This document shows positions 8,493-15,685 of a stretch of 39,049 nucleotides of DNA, one piece after another. Below the pieces are notes generated by a model. The model did no database searches. It saw nothing but the letters and a program-made list of their open reading frames with translations, and had not been told where the DNA came from. This DNA is from Gammaproteobacteria bacterium (GTDB lineage Bacteria > Pseudomonadota > Gammaproteobacteria > S012-40): contig JAOUPJ010000001.1 of the NCBI GenBank assembly GCA_029879945.1, forward strand, positions 1-39,049, read 5' to 3'. How positions within the stretch are numbered: position 1 is the first letter of the stretch; each line of letters opens with the position of its first letter. The translations under genes were made by a program, and so were the position numbers.

Positions 8493-9641
8493 TCACGACT
8501 GGCTGCTTTCTTCCTGGCGTGCAAACACCACCACCGCCGATTGGACTCTGGCTTGCCCGAAGTGGATCATGCGCTCAAACTCTTCAATACGTACCGGCAT
8601 ATAGATGCAGTCGGCCGTGGTTCGGTGTTCTTCCTCATCCACTTCCGGGTCGTGCAGATAGACAAATTTATCGTCTGCCGCAGCAATCACTACCCAGTGA
8701 GGCGTTTTGCTCCAATTGAAACGGTAGGAGCTGATCAATACCAGGGGAATGCCTCCCAGCTTCCACTGCTGGATAAGCGTGTCTACGCGGAATGGCTTGT
8801 AAAACGCTTCGATATCGGAGGCCTCAATCTGGGCCATAAAGTCTGCGTGCACCAACTCGATGATGTCTTTTTTGGCCTGGCTACGAACCCCTTCCGTAAA
8901 CATGGCCTCTTTCTGATTGGTAAACAACTTGACCCGGAAACCGCGTAACCAGGCCGCCAGGGCCAGACCCTGGGCACTGCACCCCCCGTGGCCGGACATC
9001 ATAAAAATGGTGGTCGCTTCCCGCCACAGCTGAAACTCCATGCGCTTATCCGCGTTAAGATTCGGATTTATGGCCAGCATGGCCATGATCAGGCTCGCCG
9101 GTCCACAGGTAAAATCGGTGGTCTGGGCGTAAAACGGAACCCGCCTATTCACATTCTGATCCAGGGAATACACCCGCTTCTCAAAACGTAGGGCATCACT
9201 ATGGTCGTCGTAGTAGTCCACTATGCGGCCAAACTCGTAATAGCCGTGGCGTCTGTAGAGCCGAATGGCGGGGGCGTTGTCCGGATTGACCTCCAGGCGC
9301 AGATACACACAGTGCTGTTCACGCGCCGCCTCTTCCGCCTTTTGAATAAGCAAATCGGCAAGGCCTTGCCCTCGGTGTTCCGGGTCTATGGCAATGGAAT
9401 AGAGCCGGGCAAGGGAAGTTCCTCGGTGAAACAGGACCAGCACATACGCAAAAATGTGTTCACTGCTACCGGCCACAAGTAGTTGTGCGTTGGCCTTGCT
9501 GATCATCCAGCGAAACTGTCGTCGGCTGATACGGTCTGTGGCAAAACACTGTTTTTCGAGGCGATTCAAGGCCTGAACATCGTCCAGATTCGCCGCCCTT
9601 AAAGCGACGGTTTGCTTGACATCAGGACCGGGGTCAGCCAT
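8493..9641 (-). CDS. GNAT N-acetyltransferase fused to a C39-like cysteine peptidase domain
   Basis: GNAT core (RGQGLADLLIQKAEEAA, RLYRRHGY). C-terminal papain-like part (TDFTCGPASLIMAM ... TPHWVVIAAADDKFVYLHDP). Start chosen at ATG 9641 (MADPGP..., 382 aa). The track ORF extends to 9752. Confidence 0.72.
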   Translation of the reverse strand: MADPGPDVKQTVALRAANLDDVQALNRLEKQCFATDRISRRQFRWMISKANAQLLVAGSSEHIFAYVLVLFHRGTSLARLYSIAIDPEHRGQGLADLLIQKAEEAAREQHCVYLRLEVNPDNAPAIRLYRRHGYYEFGRIVDYYDDHSDALRFEKRVYSLDQNVNRRVPFYAQTTDFTCGPASLIMAMLAINPNLNADKRMEFQLWREATTIFMMSGHGGCSAQGLALAAWLRGFRVKLFTNQKEAMFTEGVRSQAKKDIIELVHADFMAQIEASDIEAFYKPFRVDTLIQQWKLGGIPLVLISSYRFNWSKTPHWVVIAAADDKFVYLHDPEVDEEEHRTTADCIYMPVRIEEFERMIHFGQARVQSAVVVFARQEESSQS

Positions 9642-9755
9642 GGTGAGTGTCTCGTTATTTGTTTCAAGAAGAAGAGTGTTGCGCGTCACGTGCCAGTCTA
9701 CTCCAGAGGGGGAACGCAGGGCGATTTTACTCCTAAAATTTGCTAAGAGCATCTA

Positions 9756-9896
9756 GGAATTTTTGAATAAGTTCATCAAGCATGTGCTGACGAGGCAAAA
9801 ATTTCGAAGAAGCGGAGTTTACATGGGGTAAATGAGCATTCTGAGAAATATTTTTAACGTAGTCAGCGCTGCTTCAGGGGCTTATTCAAAGGTTCC
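9756..9896. repeat. 141-bp imperfect palindrome (MITE/ERIC-like element or structured RNA)
   Basis: Arms GGAATTTTTGAATAAG (9756-9771) and CTTATTCAAAGGTTCC (9881-9896) pair at 14 of 16 positions. Inner blocks AAGCA, GCTGAC and AAAAAT also pair. Apex is TTTAC-ATGGG-GTAAA (9818-9832). Confidence 0.6.
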
Positions 9897-9977
9897 ATAA
9901 AAAAATTTCGCTTGCTATTTTCCCCCTTTGGCTCAATGATTGCCGCCTAATTGGGTCGTCAAAAGGAGCCCCCTTAC

Positions 9978-11462
9978 TTGCCAAACATCACCGTTATTAT
10001 CGATAACCATAAGGATTGGAACGCCTATTATCCCAGCAAAGATGTCGTCCTCATTGATGACTACCTGGCCGCTCAGGATGTGATAGAACGCGGTAGCATG
10101 ATTATAAACCTGTGTCGAAATTATAAGTACCTTTCCCATGGCTACTACTGCTCCCTCTTGGCAGAATCCAGAAGACAAAAGGTCATTCCGTCTATTCGAA
10201 CAATCAATGATCTGAGTAAAAAGCCCCTATACGCCGAGAACCTGGAGACCCTGAACGAGGCCTTGAACCGTACCACCCGTAAACAGGAGCTGGGGGAGAT
10301 GGCCCGGATCAAGATCAGATTCTTTTTTGGTCAATCCGAACACGAGTTGCTACAGGAATTTGGCAGACAGGTCTTTGAGGCCTTCCCCTGCCCTATACTG
10401 GAAGTGGAGTTTTTGAAAAACCAGGTATGGGCCGTTGTTTCCATACGACCGGTCGGATTAAACGAGCTAGAAGAAAGGGAAGAGGATCAGTTTGCCAACG
10501 CTATCGACCTGTTTAGCAAAAAGATCTGGCGCAAACCCAAAGGTCCAAAAAAGTTTCGTTACGATATGGCCATACTGGTCAATCCGGACGAAGCGCTGCC
10601 TCCGTCCAATAAGGGGGCACTGAAAAACTTTGTCTCCGTGGGTAAGGAACTGGGCGTGAATGTGGAACTGATTGGTAGACGTGATCTGGCCAAACTCGCC
10701 GAATACGATGCCCTGTTTATACGTGAGACCACCGCCACCAATGACCACACCTATCAATTTGCCAAAAAGGCCGAATCCGAGCATATGGTGGTTATCGATG
10801 ACCCGGATTCCATTTTGCGCTGTACCAATAAAGTGTTTCTGGCCAACCTCTTGTCCAGTCGAAAGATTGCGACGCCACGCACGGCCGTATTGTCGCGTCA
10901 CCATCGCAAACAGGTCATTGAGCAGTGCAAACCCTTGGGGTTTCCCATTGTGCTAAAAATTCCCGATGGTTCCTTCTCGCGGGGGATCGTCAAAATTGAA
11001 ACCGAACAGGAACTGGAAAAAGAGGCCAACAACTTTTTCAAGAACTCGGCACTGATTCTTGCGCAAGAATATTGTTATACCGACTACGACTGGCGGGTGG
11101 GTATTCTAAACGGCAAGGCACTCTACGCCTGCCAATACTTTATGAGTAAAGGCCACTGGCAAATCTACAACCACAAAAACAATGGTAAGGTACAGGCCGG
11201 CAATTCAGCCACAGTACCCATTCATGCTGTTCCCAAAGATGTTATCAAAACCGCACTGGATGCGGCCAATCTCATTGGGAACGGCTTGTATGGCGTAGAC
11301 CTGAAAAAGACTGCAGAAAAGACCATTGTGATTGAAGTAAATGACAATCCCAATATCGATGCGGGCGTTGAAGATGCTGTAATGGGCGAAGAACTCTATA
11401 TACGCATCATGAGCGAGTTCATTCGCAGGATGGAGAACAAGCGTTTGGGCTTGGCGAGTTAG
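9978..11462 (+). CDS. RimK-family ATP-grasp ligase with an N-terminal RLAN-like domain
   Basis: ATP-grasp core (FPIVLKIPDGSFSRGI..., DWRVGILNGKALYACQYFM, YGVDLKK...VIEVNDNPNID). TTG 9978 has AAGGAG (9963-9968) 9 nt upstream. The track start is TTG 9951. Confidence 0.8.
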   Translation: MPNITVIIDNHKDWNAYYPSKDVVLIDDYLAAQDVIERGSMIINLCRNYKYLSHGYYCSLLAESRRQKVIPSIRTINDLSKKPLYAENLETLNEALNRTTRKQELGEMARIKIRFFFGQSEHELLQEFGRQVFEAFPCPILEVEFLKNQVWAVVSIRPVGLNELEEREEDQFANAIDLFSKKIWRKPKGPKKFRYDMAILVNPDEALPPSNKGALKNFVSVGKELGVNVELIGRRDLAKLAEYDALFIRETTATNDHTYQFAKKAESEHMVVIDDPDSILRCTNKVFLANLLSSRKIATPRTAVLSRHHRKQVIEQCKPLGFPIVLKIPDGSFSRGIVKIETEQELEKEANNFFKNSALILAQEYCYTDYDWRVGILNGKALYACQYFMSKGHWQIYNHKNNGKVQAGNSATVPIHAVPKDVIKTALDAANLIGNGLYGVDLKKTAEKTIVIEVNDNPNIDAGVEDAVMGEELYIRIMSEFIRRMENKRLGLAS

Positions 11463-12178
11463 TTCTCGATTACCTCAAACTCACAGACCTGATAAAAATC
11501 CGAGAACACTTCTGTTTTGGAACGCAGCTGCACCAGTTTACCGTGTGCGGCTGCGGCGTCGTTGAGTAATGCGATGAGATCGTTTTGCCAAAAACTTTCT
11601 AAAAAGGGTTCCAGCTTAGTTAATACCTTTCGGCTGAGATTGAAGCGTGTTAAAAAACTTCGTGTCGGTTTGTTATTGTATTCCGCACACAGAACCCGTC
11701 CACCCACCGGCACCACACGCATTGCTTCAGACAACGCTCGCCTTCTCGCGTCTTCCGGTAGTTCATGCAACAGAAAAAAGATAAGCAATGTGGAAATAGA
11801 GTTGCTTTGAATCGCCAGTTGTTCCGCGTTCATGCGCAAGAGAAGCATGCGCTCTTTGTTACCTACTTTTTCAAACGCTTTTTTGAGTTGTATATCGGCC
11901 ACGTCTACCAGGTGTAAGGGGCGTGGGGAAAGGTGTTGGACGAGATCCGGAATCAAGGTTCCGTAGGCACTGGTCAGCATGAGGACTCGTCCTTGCGGGA
12001 TAGACTCAAACTTTTCCAGTGTGAGCCTTTTTAATTTTTCATAGTTTCCAAACAGGATGAGATTGATAATCCAGGGATGATCGAAAAACCAGACGGCTGG
12101 GGGCCAGAGATAGGCCCACCAGTAGTGGCGGACGAGATAGTGGGGTATTCCTTTGGAATTTTTTTTATATATATTCAA
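11459..12178 (-). CDS. rquA: Class I methyltransferase-fold protein, RquA-like (rhodoquinone biosynthesis), tentative
   Basis: 239 aa, TTG start. HYLVRHYWWAYLWPPAVWFFDHPWIINLILFGNY, a degenerate SAM motif I (VLMLTSAYG rather than DxGxGxG), and FFLLHELPEDARRRAL. These match my recollection of RquA. The stop overlaps the rimK-like stop by 4 nt. Confidence 0.55.
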   Translation of the reverse strand: MNIYKKNSKGIPHYLVRHYWWAYLWPPAVWFFDHPWIINLILFGNYEKLKRLTLEKFESIPQGRVLMLTSAYGTLIPDLVQHLSPRPLHLVDVADIQLKKAFEKVGNKERMLLLRMNAEQLAIQSNSISTLLIFFLLHELPEDARRRALSEAMRVVPVGGRVLCAEYNNKPTRSFLTRFNLSRKVLTKLEPFLESFWQNDLIALLNDAAAAHGKLVQLRSKTEVFSDFYQVCEFEVIEN

Positions 12179-12228
12179 TTAAAACGTTTTAGATATATGG
12201 TTTAGGATCGTTGGGCTTCACCCTTTCG

Positions 12229-12372
12229 GGGTATTTATGCCCTTCAGGGTATTTATGCCCTTCAGGGTATTTATGCCCTTCAGGGTATTTATGCCCTTCA
12301 GGGTATTTATGCCCTTCAGGGTATTTATGCCCTTAGGGTATTCATGCCCTTAGGGTATTCATGCCCTTAGGG
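12229..12372. repeat. Tandem array of eight 17/18-nt hairpin-forming units
   Basis: Five copies of GGGTATTTATGCCCTTCA, one of GGGTATTTATGCCCTTA and two of GGGTATTCATGCCCTTA. There are no spacers. The array lies between the asnO-like stop (12419) and the rquA-like start (12178). Confidence 0.92.
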
Positions 12373-12418
12373 TGCAAGCGGCTTTGCCTCAGCACCAAGC
12401 TACAATTTCAGCACCACG

Positions 12419-14188
12419 CTACAACTGTCGTTGCAGCCAAAACTCCAGCAAGGCCATATGCCATAGCTTGCTGCCCTGGATTCGTGTATGGTGCTGCTCC
12501 GGTTCTTTTAACAAGAGGTCCACATAGTCTCGATTGTATAGACCCCGTTCTTTACATGCCTGCGAGTTAAGTATGTCACGCATGAAATCCAGAAACTCAC
12601 CTCGAACATATTTCAGGGCCGGCATGGGAAAATAGCCTTTTGGTCTATCAATGACACCGGCCGGTAAAAGCGGACGGGAAATCTCTTTCAAGATATGCTT
12701 TCCTTCCGAACCCAGTTTATATTCCTTGGGCATTTGCGCCGCCAGTTCCACCAACTCATGATCGAGAAAGGGAACGCGCGCCTCCAGGCCCCAGGCCATG
12801 GTCATATTGTCCACCCGTTTCACCGGATCGTCCACGATAAGATTACACACATCGGCACGAAAGACCTTGTCCATGAACTCGTCAGCATCTTTTTCATCAA
12901 ACCAGGACTGGACCAGTTCGCTGGTATAGTCTCCACTCATGTATTCAGAGGTGATCATGCGTGCATACTCTTCATGATCTCGATCAAAGTAGTTGGAAGC
13001 GAAGCGATCCAATTCACTGCCTTGTGCCTTATCCATGCGTGGATACCAGAAGTACCCGCCGAAGACCTCGTCCGCCCCCTGTCCACTCTGTACCACTTTG
13101 ACTTGCTTGGAGACTTGTTCCGATAACAAATAAAATGCAACCGCATCCTGACCAAACATGGGTTCCGACATGGCGTCCACCGCCTCGGGTAGACGGGTCA
13201 ATACCTGCGAGTTGGGGATATAGATCTTTTCGTGTCGCGTGTTGTAACGCGCCACCACCTGATCTGAGAATTCGAATTCACTACCCTGCTCTTGTCCTAT
13301 GTCCTCAAAGCCAATAGAAAAGGTGCGCAGGTCTTTTACACCCGCTTCCATGAGTAAGGCGACAAGCAGACTGGAATCCAGTCCACCTGAGAGCAAAACA
13401 CCTACCGGCACGTCTGCCACTTCGATACGCTTTTTCACTGCCGCCATCAGTGCACCGTGTATGGCCTCACGCCACTCTTGTTCGCTCTTCTTTTCCACGG
13501 GGCGTGTGGCTTTCAATCGCCAATACTTTTGAATCCATGTTTTACCATTAGATGAAATCATCATGGTATGGGCAGGCGGCAGTTTGCGCACACCCTTGAA
13601 AATTGTTCGCGGCGCGGGCACTACTCCGTGCAAAGTGAATTGATTGTGCAAGGCCTGGGTATCAATAGAAGTATCGATATCACCCATTTTCAGCAGCGCC
13701 TGCACATTGGAGGCAAAACGTATGCGCTTGTCGTCCAATGCATAATACATGGGCTTAATACCAAAGCGATCACGGGCCAGAAACACAGATTGTTGTTTTC
13801 TATCCCAGAGCGCAAAGGCAAACATGCCGGTAAGACGCTCTACGCATCCCAGCCCCCAATGGGCATAGGCCTTGAGTATTACTTCCGTATCACCGTGGGA
13901 GAAAAATTCGTAACCCAGATCGATCAACTGGGCGCGCAGTTCCCGGTAGTTATAAATGGCTCCGTTGAACACCAGGGCCAGTCCCAGCTTTTCATCTACC
14001 ATGGGTTGATTGGCCTGATCGCTCAGATCGATCACCGATAGACGTCTGTGCCCAAAGGCCAGCGGACCCTCCAGCCAATGGCCACCACTATCGGGCCCAC
14101 GCCGCTCCAGCGCGGTCATGGCGGAGAGGACATTTTTTAGTACTGGCTGAGTACCGTCAAAGCGGAATTCTCCAACGAGTCCACACAT
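12419..14188 (-). CDS. Asparagine synthase-family glutamine amidotransferase (589 aa), possibly AsnO / N-acetylglutaminylglutamine amidotransferase-like
   Basis: Starts MCGLVGEF (Cys2 nucleophile). PP-loop SGGLDSS. VDDPVKRVDNMTMAWGLEARVPFLD. GGAGG about 12 nt upstream. Confidence 0.88.
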   Translation of the reverse strand: MCGLVGEFRFDGTQPVLKNVLSAMTALERRGPDSGGHWLEGPLAFGHRRLSVIDLSDQANQPMVDEKLGLALVFNGAIYNYRELRAQLIDLGYEFFSHGDTEVILKAYAHWGLGCVERLTGMFAFALWDRKQQSVFLARDRFGIKPMYYALDDKRIRFASNVQALLKMGDIDTSIDTQALHNQFTLHGVVPAPRTIFKGVRKLPPAHTMMISSNGKTWIQKYWRLKATRPVEKKSEQEWREAIHGALMAAVKKRIEVADVPVGVLLSGGLDSSLLVALLMEAGVKDLRTFSIGFEDIGQEQGSEFEFSDQVVARYNTRHEKIYIPNSQVLTRLPEAVDAMSEPMFGQDAVAFYLLSEQVSKQVKVVQSGQGADEVFGGYFWYPRMDKAQGSELDRFASNYFDRDHEEYARMITSEYMSGDYTSELVQSWFDEKDADEFMDKVFRADVCNLIVDDPVKRVDNMTMAWGLEARVPFLDHELVELAAQMPKEYKLGSEGKHILKEISRPLLPAGVIDRPKGYFPMPALKYVRGEFLDFMRDILNSQACKERGLYNRDYVDLLLKEPEQHHTRIQGSKLWHMALLEFWLQRQL

Positions 14189-14314
14189 GGTTAAATTAAA
14201 CCTCCGCTCCTGTTAACTAGCTCACACCCAATCATAAGGTATTGATTGTATTCTAGCGGAAAGTACCGAACAAAACTCAAGAAAAATAGTCAGTTAAAGG
14301 CGATTGCGCACAAT

Positions 14315-14336
14315 GATAATTCGATAATTCATTATC
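14315..14336. promoter_or_regulatory. Fur-box-like hexamer array
   Basis: GATAAT-tc-GATAAT-tc-ATTATC, compared with the Fur consensus GATAATGATAATCATTATC. Same hexamers and orientation, but 2-nt spacers. Confidence 0.3.
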
Positions 14337-14453
14337 TAGCGAGAGACACTCGATTTGAGTAGAATGGCAATTTCGTAAACATATTCCGTAGCTGGGTAAA
14401 ATTACCGCACAACTAACAAATCCGGGAATAAACAATAGAAAAGGGAGTGACTA

Positions 14454-15641
14454 ATGCGCCGGTTCTTGATACCAATTTTGCTTACCATTGCGTTTTCAGC
14501 GCAAGCCGATTCGGTTTCTCTGCCACACACCTTCAAACAAGGAGATAAGGCCTCTGCCCAAGAAGTAAACGAGCAGTTTGATGAGGTCAAACGGGCAGTA
14601 GACGACAATGACACTCGACTGCGATCGTTAGAGGGTTCTTTTTTTAACGATGATTTTGAATCAACCACTCTGCGCCCAGTCTGGACCTTGGATGAGGGAA
14701 CCTGGAACCAAGCGGGAGGTACTCTCACCAGCCCAGTAAGCGACGTAGGCCACAACCATGTTTCCGGCATGAAACCCATGTCCGATTTACAAATTGAAGT
14801 CGACTTCAATTACGACAACGGGGCCGACGCTGGTGTCTATTTTGGATTGAGTGATGCGGGAGGCTATCTGTGGGTGTTTAGAAATAATGCTGGCCAAACA
14901 GATTCGTTTGTCCAACAAACGACCGGTTACGGCGCAGCGGGAAATACTCACTTAGTCCCCGGTTCAGCTATTTGTAAACAGAATCATACAAGCTTTGGCT
15001 CTCCAAAACCTAGTGGTGACAAGCCCCTACACATCCGTCTTTTAATCGTGGGCAATCGCTTCGATGCTTGGGTAGATGGAGTACATGTCACAAAAAATTG
15101 TTTCCTACCCGCCGAAGCACCCCCTGGGCGAATCGGCCTCTATGCCTGGAGCGGAGTGGGAAATCAAAGCTTTGACAATATCCAGGTTGCACCGGTAGTG
15201 CGTCAGAACCTGGCGGACGCCTTGAGCGGTGCCATCAGTTTTACTAGCGACCCCTACACCGGAACACAGTTCGCAGCCAACAGTGTTGCGGGGACCGCCA
15301 TGTGCCCGACCGGTACTCATATTTGTAATGCCTGGGAATATTCGATAATTAGCATCCTAGCCCAAGATAAAGTTCAACAAGGGCATGGTTGGTTGATAGG
15401 GGGATTCCCAAATTTGGATGGCCATTTAAGATCTTTGACTAGCGGCCAACATAGTACAGAGTGCGGAACTCCTAGACCCAATAATGGCGATACTTCGCCT
15501 AGCCCGCTGTATCTCTCAAGCTGGGCAAAGCATGCAGCTAAACCAAGCGGCAATTATTATGGTCGTGTTCACTGTCAAGATGCGACCCAATCATTACCCG
15601 TCGCCTGTTGCCGAGCCAATCTCTTAGGTGGACTGAATTAG
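14454..15641 (+). CDS. Secreted hypothetical protein (possible LamG/jelly-roll region, Cys-containing C-terminal part)
   Basis: 395 aa. AAGGGAG RBS. Signal peptide (LLTIAFSAQA/DS). No motif I can assign with confidence. Confidence 0.6.
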   Translation: MRRFLIPILLTIAFSAQADSVSLPHTFKQGDKASAQEVNEQFDEVKRAVDDNDTRLRSLEGSFFNDDFESTTLRPVWTLDEGTWNQAGGTLTSPVSDVGHNHVSGMKPMSDLQIEVDFNYDNGADAGVYFGLSDAGGYLWVFRNNAGQTDSFVQQTTGYGAAGNTHLVPGSAICKQNHTSFGSPKPSGDKPLHIRLLIVGNRFDAWVDGVHVTKNCFLPAEAPPGRIGLYAWSGVGNQSFDNIQVAPVVRQNLADALSGAISFTSDPYTGTQFAANSVAGTAMCPTGTHICNAWEYSIISILAQDKVQQGHGWLIGGFPNLDGHLRSLTSGQHSTECGTPRPNNGDTSPSPLYLSSWAKHAAKPSGNYYGRVHCQDATQSLPVACCRANLLGGLN

Positions 15642-15655
15642 GATATTCTACTAAT

Positions 15656-15685
15656 GCCGGGCCCTCACAAGGGCTCGGCCTTTTT
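15656..15685. terminator. Terminator between convergent genes
   Basis: Stem GCCGGGCCC (15656-15664) / GGGCTCGGC (15671-15679) with one G-T pair, loop TCACAA, then CTTTTT. Confidence 0.7.

Noticed and set aside
9642-9752. N-terminal 37-codon extension of the GNAT-C39 ORF
   Set aside because: It has no RBS and runs right up to the palindromic element. The ATG 9641 product (382 aa) starts just before the GNAT core. This remains uncertain.
12237-12369. Short ORF encoding (MPFRVF)n through the tandem repeat
   Set aside because: The frame exists only because the 18-nt unit is a multiple of three. It ends as soon as the 17-nt units shift the frame, and it has no RBS.
12229-12372. CRISPR array
   Set aside because: The units are directly abutting with no spacers, are far shorter than CRISPR repeats, and no cas genes are present. 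It is a simple tandem repeat.
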